A stretch of DNA of 59,195 bases, from IMG/VR virus record IMGVR_UViG_3300044825_002433, positions 1 to 59,195 of that record, one strand, 5' to 3'. The first letter of the stretch is position 1; every line of letters starts with the position of its first letter. The translations under genes were made by a program, and so were the position numbers. The notes beneath the pieces are model-generated. The model had not been told where the DNA came from, did no database searches, and saw nothing but the letters and a program-made list of their open reading frames with translations. Shown piece after piece: positions 17,801 through 25,633 of the stretch. This DNA is from a virus. Taxonomy: Duplodnaviria > Caudoviricetes.

Positions 17801-19607
17801 GCGTGATCGGGTGTTCATTAATGAACTCCTGAAAGCCGTATCTAAGGGTCAGTCTTCTGACTCTCAGGGTGGTTACTACTATCCTGGTGACCTCGCTGTT
17901 GGTGCTTTAACCTACAGCAACGCCGAACAAGCCAAGTTCGACGTCAAGGACGACCTGCTGCGTGTGGTCAAGAGCCTCCGCAAACGGAACGTCCCCACCT
18001 ACCAAGACGGGTTCTATCGCTGCGTTTGCGATCCAACCTTCTTGCTGCACCTGCGCCAAAACAGCGACTTCCGTGAAGTTGCTCGTTATCCCGGCAATGG
18101 GCAGATCAACCCGCTCATGTCTTCGATGCAGCCTAACGCTGCCATCTACATGGGCCAAGGTTTCGGCCAAGCCACTTTCGTGGCGGGCGAACCCATCATG
18201 CCTAAACAAACCTGGGCCTGCGCGGCGTGAGTCGCGTAGCAAACGGGGTGAATTCAGGGAACCCCTCCTTAAATAAAGGGGAATCCTGAGCCAAGCCGAC
18301 TGAGGAATCGGTCGGAAGGTGCAACGATCAGGAGTCGAGTCCAGACCGGACAGTAATACTCCCACGAGCGCCCCGCTACTCAGATGCGTTTAGCCACAGC
18401 AAAGCTTCTACTCGCTTTCTAGGGATACATACTTCTTGGTTAATCTCATACAACCAAGATAGTACTTCTTTCGGTTTTTTCCCGAAAGTGATTGTATAAA
18501 AAGGTTTCTGAGATTTCAGAAGTTTTTCTGTAATCGAGCAAGAAACTTTAAACTCTTCGGATACCCAGCTATTCCAGATAGCTATAAGGTCCATTGAGCA
18601 AGAACCAAAATTTAATGTTTTGGTTTGGTTTTTTATACAACCATCTCCATCTAAAAGTCCTCTCAAATAATGAGGACGCAATTCCTTGGAAAGACCAGTG
18701 TAAGCTTTATTTTTTGTTGTGTCTTCTGTTATTCCAAAACGTCTTAAACAATCTACTAATACACGGTTGTATACTCTCAACCGTCCGTAACTGGTGTTGT
18801 TTTTGTCTCCTCTGGAATATATAGCTACTTTAGAAGCACTTTTGAGTTCCACAGCTAGTGTTTCGAGGACACAATAATCAGGTTCTTTAAGTTCTATGCT
18901 CAAAAATTTATTTTTGTCATAGCTCAAACAACCGTCTGTGGCTATTAATCCAAGGAAATATGCTTTTCTTGGTGTATCTATCTCGGCAAAATACAAACTT
19001 TCGGGTGAATCTAAATTTTTGTGAGGAGTTCCTTCTCCTGGCAGTAGTATCTCGCCCGTAAGCCGACCTTGACGACTTTCTGTTTTTTCGGTAAAGGACC
19101 GTATCCCGTATTTTTTCCTTAGAGAAAAAACCGTGGATACAGCCAAATTTAGTTGTTTGGCAATCTGAGTATCTGAAAATTGGAAAGTTAAAGTTTCTAA
19201 AACTTTTGGGTCGACTGTAACTTTTTTGCCTTGAGCCATGTGAGTAGATGAGATGATCTGAGCTGCATCAATGGGAAAGATGCAGATCTAGGGGATAAAG
19301 AGCCCCTAGGATAACACACCTGACGGGTTTCGTGTTCGAAGGAGTGCGCTTTTTCGAGTCCACCAACATGCCTTCGCAGTCTCAGACTGCAACTATCGGT
19401 GGTTCTGCCGCTTCTTACGAAGCTGCAATTGGTATGTTCTTCGGTCCTCAGAGTGTTGGCGTCGGCATCGGCGGTAACAACGCTCAGGTTCTTTTGAACA
19501 ACAATGACGACTTCAGCCGTTTCATCATGATGATTTGGAGCCTGTACGCAGGTTTCGAACTTCTGAACGCTGATTTCGCCACCATCGCTTACTCCTTTAA
19601 CGCTTGA
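14857..19607 (+). CDS. Major capsid protein, five exons: join(14857..14913,15263..15526,16506..16602,17791..18203,19323..19607), 371 aa
   Basis: GGAGG RBS then TTG; spliced frame is uninterrupted: MFVDNDFPKLLGAELYRPH|PAYVVEM...TFKIA|RETLITAQ...LDDY|RRWRDRVF...EPIMP|TGFVFEGVRFFEST; HK97/N4-gp56-like features (PGQTVQLDRY, FEGVRFFES). Confidence 0.85.
14914..15262 (+). ncRNA. Group I intron 1 (349 nt, no ORF)
   Basis: P GAATTGCTGGAA, Q AATCAGCAG, R TTCAGAGACTA, S GATATAGTC; P1 GCAU/GUGC with U-G; P10 CCU/AGG; terminal G 15262. Confidence 0.92.
15527..16505 (+). ncRNA. Group I intron 2 (979 nt) with sense-strand endonuclease
   Basis: P/Q/R/S present; P1 GCU/GGC; P10 AGG/CCU; terminal G 16505. 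Confidence 0.9.
15628..16380 (+). CDS. LAGLIDADG homing endonuclease (intron 2)
   Basis: ACLFGDGWL and AVLWCDDGSV motifs; start codon uncertain. Confidence 0.85.
   Translation: MMSNHLEGSTTRVGGCTLDLLPSADQAFLKACLFGDGWLGLQRKKYVHLRIGHSAKQLNWLTYKAKKINQILNKDRKILGPYKQSDGSNKDKIHYSYLYCVDDHELFSPWFDRWYEVPSVGKVIKHVTPDFLSGLGLPELAVLWCDDGSVSSSDRVTKHYLKDGTLREYPYVEAQGQIALCSLDYEEHQLVREWLYSITGVKWRYSPRSKENRATLNIGKRALREFLPLIAPHIPSFMAYKVDSSHCRIR
16603..17790 (+). ncRNA. Group I intron 3 (1188 nt, phase 1) with antisense endonuclease
   Basis: P/Q/R/S present; P1 GACU/GGUC; P10 ACAGG/CCUGU; terminal G 17790. Confidence 0.92.
16845..17726 (-). CDS. LAGLIDADG homing endonuclease with N-terminal HTH (antisense in intron 3)
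   Basis: AYWLGLIAADGWI and WLRGYFDGNGSI; true start may be GTG 17696. Confidence 0.88.
   Translation of the reverse strand: MLDYIFTFFDVTERALTDLTKEELDELTSLYSDAEISRSFGLSRTAATHARKKHGVLSYAQKKGERKYSDVYEAKPGAKRVFSYRKSGANENFFSDIDSPRKAYWLGLIAADGWIVREHNEPKGFAIALKEADSYLLEHFAEDLGYPGLLRKERETNNLWQIKLTAKNAAVHLMKAGVPPKKSLIVEAPKLPHSLFIFWLRGYFDGNGSISKRKNSIEAKITTGSKLLAEQLKEFLNKEHIYPTLDGVDKEYNLRMYSKNALHFGELIYANASEDVPCLLRKRDLFFVVEGQV
18204..19322 (+). ncRNA. Group I intron 4 (1119 nt) with antisense endonuclease
   Basis: P GAATTCAGGGAA, Q AATCCTGAG, covaried P7 GATCA/TGATC; P1 GCCU/GGGC; terminal G 19322. Confidence 0.9.
18376..19239 (-). CDS. LAGLIDADG homing endonuclease with N-terminal HTH (antisense in intron 4)
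   Basis: AYFLGLIATDGCL and HYLRGLLDGDGCI. Confidence 0.88.
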   Translation of the reverse strand: MAQGKKVTVDPKVLETLTFQFSDTQIAKQLNLAVSTVFSLRKKYGIRSFTEKTESRQGRLTGEILLPGEGTPHKNLDSPESLYFAEIDTPRKAYFLGLIATDGCLSYDKNKFLSIELKEPDYCVLETLAVELKSASKVAIYSRGDKNNTSYGRLRVYNRVLVDCLRRFGITEDTTKNKAYTGLSKELRPHYLRGLLDGDGCIKNQTKTLNFGSCSMDLIAIWNSWVSEEFKVSCSITEKLLKSQKPFYTITFGKKPKEVLSWLYEINQEVCIPRKRVEALLWLNASE

Positions 19608-19621
19608 GGAGATAACTAACG

Positions 19622-20494
19622 ATGGCTATCAACCCTAATCAGATTTCGGTTGCCAAGATTTATCCTGGTAACTACACCAACGTCCTGCGTTATTGGCACG
19701 ACCCTAAGTCCGTTACTTATCTCAATGAGAACGGGACTAGCGAAACGCTGATCAACCAGCCCGTTGGCGGCCCCGTGGGCGCAGTTGTTCGCCCCGGTTG
19801 GATTGCTCAACAAGCCATTGGGTATGTTGATCTGTCTTACCAAGCTCTGGGCACCAGCAACCAGCTGGATTACTACGCCACGCCTTACGGCTCTGGCCTG
19901 AACAACGATAACGTTGCGTTCACCAACGCCAACGTCATCATCCCTTCGCCCGACGCCTACAAGGATGTTCGTGCTGACATCACCAACGGTATCACCGTGC
20001 CTTCGGGTGCTTTTGTGTACCGTCTGAGCCTCCGTGTTGACGGCGGTGATGTGGTGTCTAGCGGTGTTGGCGGCGGTTCTGCCACTCCGACTCTGGGTCT
20101 CGGCCCTGCTGTCGGCGTGGGTCTGAACACCACCCCCACCCCCAGCGGTTTCTTTGCAACCGTTGTTGGCGCAAGCAGCCGCATCGAGAACGGTTCGTTC
20201 AATTCCAGCAATGCCTGGAACATGGCGAACGCACATCGTGTGACTGCCGACACCACCTACAGGCTTTTCGCTGTGGGTAATCTTGGCGGTGCTGCCGCTT
20301 CCGGCCTCGCTCAGGCTTCTGGTGTGTACGATCCTCGTGCTCGTGCCGGTCGTCTTAGCGGTAAGGACAAGGCACTCGCTATTTGCGAAGTGTGTTGGCT
20401 GGTTCCCGACGAAGCTCCTACTCGTTCCGATCTGGCTCTGCAGCCTGCCGGCATCATCGAGTCCAACGTGTACACCTCGACCAGTCCTTCCTGA
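19622..20494 (+). CDS. Putative minor capsid/decoration protein
   Basis: GAGGAG RBS, directly after capsid gene, strongly biased codons, beta-rich. Confidence 0.6.
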   Translation: MAINPNQISVAKIYPGNYTNVLRYWHDPKSVTYLNENGTSETLINQPVGGPVGAVVRPGWIAQQAIGYVDLSYQALGTSNQLDYYATPYGSGLNNDNVAFTNANVIIPSPDAYKDVRADITNGITVPSGAFVYRLSLRVDGGDVVSSGVGGGSATPTLGLGPAVGVGLNTTPTPSGFFATVVGASSRIENGSFNSSNAWNMANAHRVTADTTYRLFAVGNLGGAAASGLAQASGVYDPRARAGRLSGKDKALAICEVCWLVPDEAPTRSDLALQPAGIIESNVYTSTSPS

Positions 20495-20512
20495 CGGTTG
20501 GGATACACAACT

Positions 20513-20540
20513 AAGCCCCTCTTCGGAGGGGCTTTTTTTT
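20513..20540 (+). terminator. Rho-independent terminator with cUUCGg tetraloop
   Basis: aagcccctc-ttcg-gaggggctt plus T run. Confidence 0.9.
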
Positions 20541-20551
20541 ATGGGGTTATG

Positions 20552-21052
20552 TTATTTTTTTAGAGTTTCCTGAATTTTATCTTCAAGTAGTTTCAGTTTT
20601 ATTTGAGTTAATCTTTCGTCAGGATCTAAACTGAACGCTCTGTTTCCTGTTTGTGGATCTAATATGTCCACAGCGCGGCGTGCCCAAGCTTCTGGGTTTA
20701 TTTGATCTAACATTTTTGCTGTTCGTCCCAGAGCTCCCACCGTGGGAGGAGCCGCCACTCCCAAGCCCCGCATCAACTCATACGACCGGCGGACATCAGG
20801 AGATCCAGTCTGAGTTGCTGCAGATGCTCGAATAACTCCGGGAGCGTAGGTAGCTACATCAGCCGGAAATAACGCAGACGCTGCAACACCAGCTCCTCCC
20901 ACGGCTGCGGCTCGGCGTGCAGCTGCTTCCCTCTCTAACCCCGCTTTTCTATTAGCTGCGTATTCCCCAACCATGTTGAGAACATCTCCCAGGAAAGGAA
21001 CGGCTCGCGCTCCTTTCTGCAGGAACCTGGGGACTCGGAAGGGAAAATCCAT
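20552..21052 (-). CDS. Hypothetical protein
   Basis: Ala/Arg-rich ORF, likely ATG at 21052. Confidence 0.5.
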   Translation of the reverse strand: MDFPFRVPRFLQKGARAVPFLGDVLNMVGEYAANRKAGLEREAAARRAAAVGGAGVAASALFPADVATYAPGVIRASAATQTGSPDVRRSYELMRGLGVAAPPTVGALGRTAKMLDQINPEAWARRAVDILDPQTGNRAFSLDPDERLTQIKLKLLEDKIQETLKK

Positions 21053-21113
21053 CAGCGTGGGTTGACACACCCTATTGACATCCTACTGTAATATACACAC
21101 AGATCCTGTTCAC

Positions 21114-21551
21114 ATGATGACTGCGACTCAGATCAAAGAGTTCACTTTTAAACCCAATGGCGTAAAGATTGAAGTTTTAAATAGTCACGACGAAGGTGAA
21201 TATTTTATGGTTCGGTCTTACACGACCGGTAAGGTTTTCTTCGCGCACAAGAGTCAGATTCTCGAAGAGCTTAAAGAGAAAGAAGAAACAGGAGACAAAC
21301 CCAAACAGCGCCGTGGGCGGCAGATCGTTAAGCCCGAAGTTCAGGCGTTTAATCGAATTAACTTGAATTCTGCTACGCCCGAGTTACTTACTCAAATTCT
21401 TAAAGGTGTTGGTCTTAAAACTGCGATTCAAATTAAGGAACTTCAGCAGAGCCTTCCTGGTGAACGTTTCAGCAAATTGGATCAACTGAAAGCTATTACT
21501 CAAGTTGATTGGGATTCCGTTCTGGAAAACGGAAATGTGTATGTTGAATGA
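21114..21551 (+). CDS. Helix-hairpin-helix (ComEA-like) DNA-binding protein
   Basis: RINLNSATPELL...LKGVGLKTA...FSKLDQL. Confidence 0.75.
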   Translation: MMTATQIKEFTFKPNGVKIEVLNSHDEGEYFMVRSYTTGKVFFAHKSQILEELKEKEETGDKPKQRRGRQIVKPEVQAFNRINLNSATPELLTQILKGVGLKTAIQIKELQQSLPGERFSKLDQLKAITQVDWDSVLENGNVYVE

Positions 21552-22053
21552 CGTTTAAATTAGCAAATTCTCCGAAATATTTTTTGGCCGCTTCGTTATA
21601 TGCGTTAGCGGCCTCTTCTTTTTTGTTGTAATACCCTAAAGACACTTGTTTTTCATTTATTTTTATGTAGGCGTGCCATTTTCCTTTTGTGTGTCTGCGA
21701 ACTCCTTTATATCCTGATTTGTTATTTCTTTTTTTACTGCTATTTTGATTTTGCTGTGTTTGCGTAGCCTTTCTGAGATTTTTTATATCGTTATTAGTTC
21801 TGTTTCTATCTACGTGATCTATTTGAAGTTCTCCAGGATCCTCGCCGTAAAAAATATACCAGATTAATCTGTGAGCTAAATACAGTTTATTATCTATTCT
21901 TACGTAATAATATCCAGTTTTCTTATTCAAACATCCTGCTCGACTTCCTTTTTGTGCACGTGGACCTTTATCCACCCTCCACACCAGGTTGCTTGGGGAT
22001 CTGCCATCAATAGTTAGTTCTTCTTTTACGATGCTAGGAATTGTTAATTTCAC
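21496..22053 (-). CDS. Free-standing HNH-AP2 homing endonuclease
   Basis: AHRLIW, IDHVDRNRTNN...NLR, AP2 domain SGYKGV...LGYY...AANAYN; AT-rich, antisense to neighbours. Confidence 0.9.
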   Translation of the reverse strand: MKLTIPSIVKEELTIDGRSPSNLVWRVDKGPRAQKGSRAGCLNKKTGYYYVRIDNKLYLAHRLIWYIFYGEDPGELQIDHVDRNRTNNDIKNLRKATQTQQNQNSSKKRNNKSGYKGVRRHTKGKWHAYIKINEKQVSLGYYNKKEEAANAYNEAAKKYFGEFANLNVIQHTHFRFPERNPNQLE

Positions 22054-22090
22054 GTAAACTAGGTTTAATAAGATTCGAGGACTCTAGCAC

Positions 22091-22711
22091 GTGGCTCAGC
22101 TCACACAACAAGAGCTAGAACAAATTCAGAGTTATTTAGCTCAACAGGGTGTTGTATTTCAAGCTACAACAACAGATGCAACTAAAAGAGAAGTAATTTA
22201 CGCAGCGATAAATCAGATAACCAGAAACCCTGCGCAGGTTTTTGGGTATCGTCTTGACGACTTTAACTTCAGTAGGGTTTCATATTTCCTTGGATATAAT
22301 ATAGCAACTGTACCTGCTGGAGACTACGCCAGATTAGTTGAAGCGTGTAACAGCGTTCCTAGTGAATTTTACTACGATAAAATTATTGCACAAATCGAAC
22401 GGTGTGAAGAAGCAGAGCGTTTAACTGAATTAGCTACTGGAAGAGCTACGAGCCGTCAGGAGACGATTTTAGGGGACGTCAGTCGTTCTATTAATATTCA
22501 AGATAAAAAAGAAACGGCTAAGATCTGGAGAGATAATTTTTTATATGAGTGCGATCGTTTAGCGCACATGCTTTACATACCCAACTACAGGGACCCCGTG
22601 GCAGCTCGGTACAGGTTCGAACGTAGCGGAGGCGAGTTTATTCAAGCTCTACCTGGGCCTCCTGACGTTTCTCGTGCTGACAGGTTGTATTTTTACGCAA
22701 ACTGGCGATAA
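22091..22711 (+). CDS. Hypothetical virion protein (head-tail adaptor candidate)
   Basis: 206-aa helical protein downstream of the capsid module. Confidence 0.5.
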   Translation: MAQLTQQELEQIQSYLAQQGVVFQATTTDATKREVIYAAINQITRNPAQVFGYRLDDFNFSRVSYFLGYNIATVPAGDYARLVEACNSVPSEFYYDKIIAQIERCEEAERLTELATGRATSRQETILGDVSRSINIQDKKETAKIWRDNFLYECDRLAHMLYIPNYRDPVAARYRFERSGGEFIQALPGPPDVSRADRLYFYANWR

Positions 22712-22743
22712 ACGCTATATTTATTAAAGACTGGTATAACTTC

Positions 22744-24492
22744 ATGGGCCTATCCAACTACGGCGAAGGGCTTAAAGCAGTATTAAATCTGATCAATAAT
22801 CCTGCAGCTGTTCGTCAAATCCAGGCCCTTCCAGAATCCGTTGCTGGTAGCGTCGGAGATCTGTTACGTACGTTCGAACAAGCAGGTAAATCTGGACTTT
22901 TAGGTGATGCTGCTAAGCAGAAACTCCTGTATGGTGGGCAACCCCCTAAAGCTGGCCCTATTCCGACGAAGGCTCTGGAGGCCACGCAACTTCCCCTCCC
23001 CCTAAAATCTCGGACCGGTCGCCCCGTTACAAGTTCGGTCCCACGACCGACGGCACGTAACACAGAGACTCTTCAAAACCTTTCGCGTACCCGCGTGGCT
23101 GATATGCCGCGTGTGCCTCGTTTCGGAGAGGTTCCCGGTCAGCTTCCCTTGAATGCTGCTCCTATTCCTGAGTTTAGTTACTCTGGACCTTATGTTTCCC
23201 CGCGTCCTGAATGGGGTCCTTCGGCTCTTCCCCTCTCCGTTCGGGAAGCTGATCCTGAAACTTTAGGTCTTTTGAAGTCTCTTGAACCCGGAACTGTCGA
23301 CAGTCTTGCTCGTTTAGCTGACGACCTTGCCAACGAGTATGGAGTCTCTGCCGGCGAAGCTCTCAAAAACATTACCGGCCCCGGCGGTACTGATTACTTA
23401 GCTTATTTAAATACATCCCGTAAGCTTGCGGCAGTTCCCGAAGCTCGTTCGGGTGCGACTGTCGTCGGTGATTCCGGAGTTATTCCTCCGGCAACTCCAG
23501 CCGGCGCTATTCCGAGTGGCCCTGGCGGAGCTCTTGTTCCGTCTCCCGCAGGTGGTGTCTCTATGCGCACGGAGCGTCTCGTAGGTCCTGAGACAATCGA
23601 TGCAGAGTTTCGTATTATCCGAGACCTTCCGTCTGGCAGTCAGCGAGGCGCCGTTCCTTCGGCGACTCAAGATTTGAATGCTGCGGCTGCGCGTGCCGGT
23701 TTAAGCCGTGGGCAGTTGGCGGCAATTGTCGGAGGAGCCGGCGCTGTCGGTCTAGCTGCCGGTATGCCTCTTTTCCGCGAGCGCGAACCAGATCCCTCCT
23801 TGCGTTTAACGGATGAGCAGCTTTATCCCCCAGGTCAAGTCCCCTCCGCCATTACGTCGGTTCCTTCTAGAGGCGCAGAAAGATCTGATTCTCCTGTATT
23901 ACCTGGGCGTAGTGTTTCTTCTCCCATGGGTGCTGCTGGTCGCGGCCGCTCCGTGGTTGGCCAAACAGGCAGCGGACAAGTGGTGGTCGCTCAAGATGAT
24001 CAAGACAGCAACTATCGTCAAGCCCGAGCCAACGCTTTAGCTGGTATTCCTAAAACTCCTGGTGAGTTCTCGAAGATCGCTGATTATTACAAAGCTCGGG
24101 AAGCTTACGCAGCCCAGCCCGAAGTTCGCGCTCAATTAGCTCGTGAAGCTTCGATGCTCCCAGGTGCGGCTCCTCAAACTCCAACTTGGGCTGCCTCTAA
24201 CCCCACGCTGGCTTATGAGATGATCCAGCGAGCTAAAGCCCGCCCCGATCTGTCCCAACAGACACCCCAAGCACAGGGGATGACCATGGGTGCTCAGATG
24301 GGTGATAACTCGAACAACAACTTCATCGGTAATGTTGAGTCAGCCGGTAGCGCGGTCATCGATCGTAGTTCGGGTGCTGCGGATCTCGAGGATGCCACAC
24401 GTCCTCTGATTCGTCCGACCTTGAACCGGATTCCTCTTGGTGGTCGGATGATTCCTCTGGGCGGCGGGTATCCCACCGTTCCTATGGGCTGA
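22744..24492 (+). CDS. Hypothetical Pro/Ala-rich protein
   Basis: 582 aa, low complexity, one Gly/Ala hydrophobic stretch. Confidence 0.55.
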   Translation: MGLSNYGEGLKAVLNLINNPAAVRQIQALPESVAGSVGDLLRTFEQAGKSGLLGDAAKQKLLYGGQPPKAGPIPTKALEATQLPLPLKSRTGRPVTSSVPRPTARNTETLQNLSRTRVADMPRVPRFGEVPGQLPLNAAPIPEFSYSGPYVSPRPEWGPSALPLSVREADPETLGLLKSLEPGTVDSLARLADDLANEYGVSAGEALKNITGPGGTDYLAYLNTSRKLAAVPEARSGATVVGDSGVIPPATPAGAIPSGPGGALVPSPAGGVSMRTERLVGPETIDAEFRIIRDLPSGSQRGAVPSATQDLNAAAARAGLSRGQLAAIVGGAGAVGLAAGMPLFREREPDPSLRLTDEQLYPPGQVPSAITSVPSRGAERSDSPVLPGRSVSSPMGAAGRGRSVVGQTGSGQVVVAQDDQDSNYRQARANALAGIPKTPGEFSKIADYYKAREAYAAQPEVRAQLAREASMLPGAAPQTPTWAASNPTLAYEMIQRAKARPDLSQQTPQAQGMTMGAQMGDNSNNNFIGNVESAGSAVIDRSSGAADLEDATRPLIRPTLNRIPLGGRMIPLGGGYPTVPMG

Positions 24493-24514
24493 TCGCTAAC
24501 TCAGGAGAACCCCC

Positions 24515-25033
24515 GTGGCTAATTACTTCACCGGCGCAACCTCGATCAAGCAACCCTATCCGATGACTTCAGTTCCTGAAGGTCAGTTTGGATCAACGGG
24601 TTCCTTGGAATCTCCCCTATATCTCTCCGGTAATAGAGCTCTTTTTGAGCCTCTGCCGGGTTTGAGCGGTATATCCGGCCCTCGTGGAGCTAGCCCCGTT
24701 ATGGCTGGTTCTGAACCTCCCACTAAGTCTGTCGGTTGGGGTGAGCAAGTCGGCTCTCTTTTACAAGGTATTGGAAAACTAGGTGCTGGGTTGGGGGCCG
24801 GTATTGCCGCGGCACGTGGGCTTCCTATGGCGGGGCAGATGCTCTCTGGTTACTACGAGGAAAAAACCGGAGATCGCGACCAAAGCGAAGAAAGTTCTTT
24901 GGAGAAGGCTTTAAAAGCCCTTCGTGAGGCTGGTCTTATTTCAGCACTTAGCCTGGATACTGGAGACTCTGCTCCTATAGGTAGCGGAGCCGGTTTCGAG
25001 GTTCCGTCCTATGAAGGCCTGAAACTCAGCTGA
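24515..25033 (+). CDS. Hypothetical protein
   Basis: AGGAG RBS, GTG start, glycine-zipper segment. Confidence 0.55.
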   Translation: MANYFTGATSIKQPYPMTSVPEGQFGSTGSLESPLYLSGNRALFEPLPGLSGISGPRGASPVMAGSEPPTKSVGWGEQVGSLLQGIGKLGAGLGAGIAAARGLPMAGQMLSGYYEEKTGDRDQSEESSLEKALKALREAGLISALSLDTGDSAPIGSGAGFEVPSYEGLKLS

Positions 25034-25075
25034 TTCCCTCAGCTAACTCCACCCCTATCGCTCTGGTGTGCACTT

Positions 25076-25630
25076 ATGGCATCTACTTCAACTAACAAGT
25101 CTCCGTGTCTGATCGACCGCCCTTTTTTACGAGGCGCCCGCATCACCAGCGCATCAACGACTTGCGATCCAACTAATCCGAACCTTACGGATCTCATCCA
25201 GTTGGTCCGCGTGGGTGACCTCCCGTCCGAAGATGCTGCCCTTGTCGAAGATCTTACGATTGTTAGCAACGAAGGTTTTCCTGATACCAGCGGTCGGCGT
25301 ACTTGTGAGTTAGGGTTCTACGTATACGCTCCTAACCAATCAGCCCCATCTACGTCTTCGGCGCTGATGGTCAGTCGAGTGGAGGTTGGTCTTAGCGGGT
25401 CCACCCGCGGTATTCCGCAAAGCGTGCAGCTATTTGCTGTAAACGCTCCGGTCCCCCAAGCCGGCGACACCAACCTGGTTGCTCCGATTCAAATTGGTAA
25501 GGGTGAAGGTTTGTACCTTGAGAAAGGGTACATCCTCGCCGTGGGCTATCTCGGTACAGGCGGTGCTGCTGTGTCCGGCGGCCTAAGTCCCTCCGGTATC
25601 ACTGTATTCGCTCAGGGCGGGTTCTATTAA
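25076..25630 (+). CDS. Hypothetical virion structural protein
   Basis: 184 aa, beta-rich. Confidence 0.55.
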   Translation: MASTSTNKSPCLIDRPFLRGARITSASTTCDPTNPNLTDLIQLVRVGDLPSEDAALVEDLTIVSNEGFPDTSGRRTCELGFYVYAPNQSAPSTSSALMVSRVEVGLSGSTRGIPQSVQLFAVNAPVPQAGDTNLVAPIQIGKGEGLYLEKGYILAVGYLGTGGAAVSGGLSPSGITVFAQGGFY

Positions 25631-25633
25631 TCA

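Noticed and set aside
15281-19607. Track ORFs 15281..15547, 17811..18230 and 19332..19607 as independent genes
   Set aside because: They are capsid exons 2, 4 and 5, the first two with short intron read-through tails
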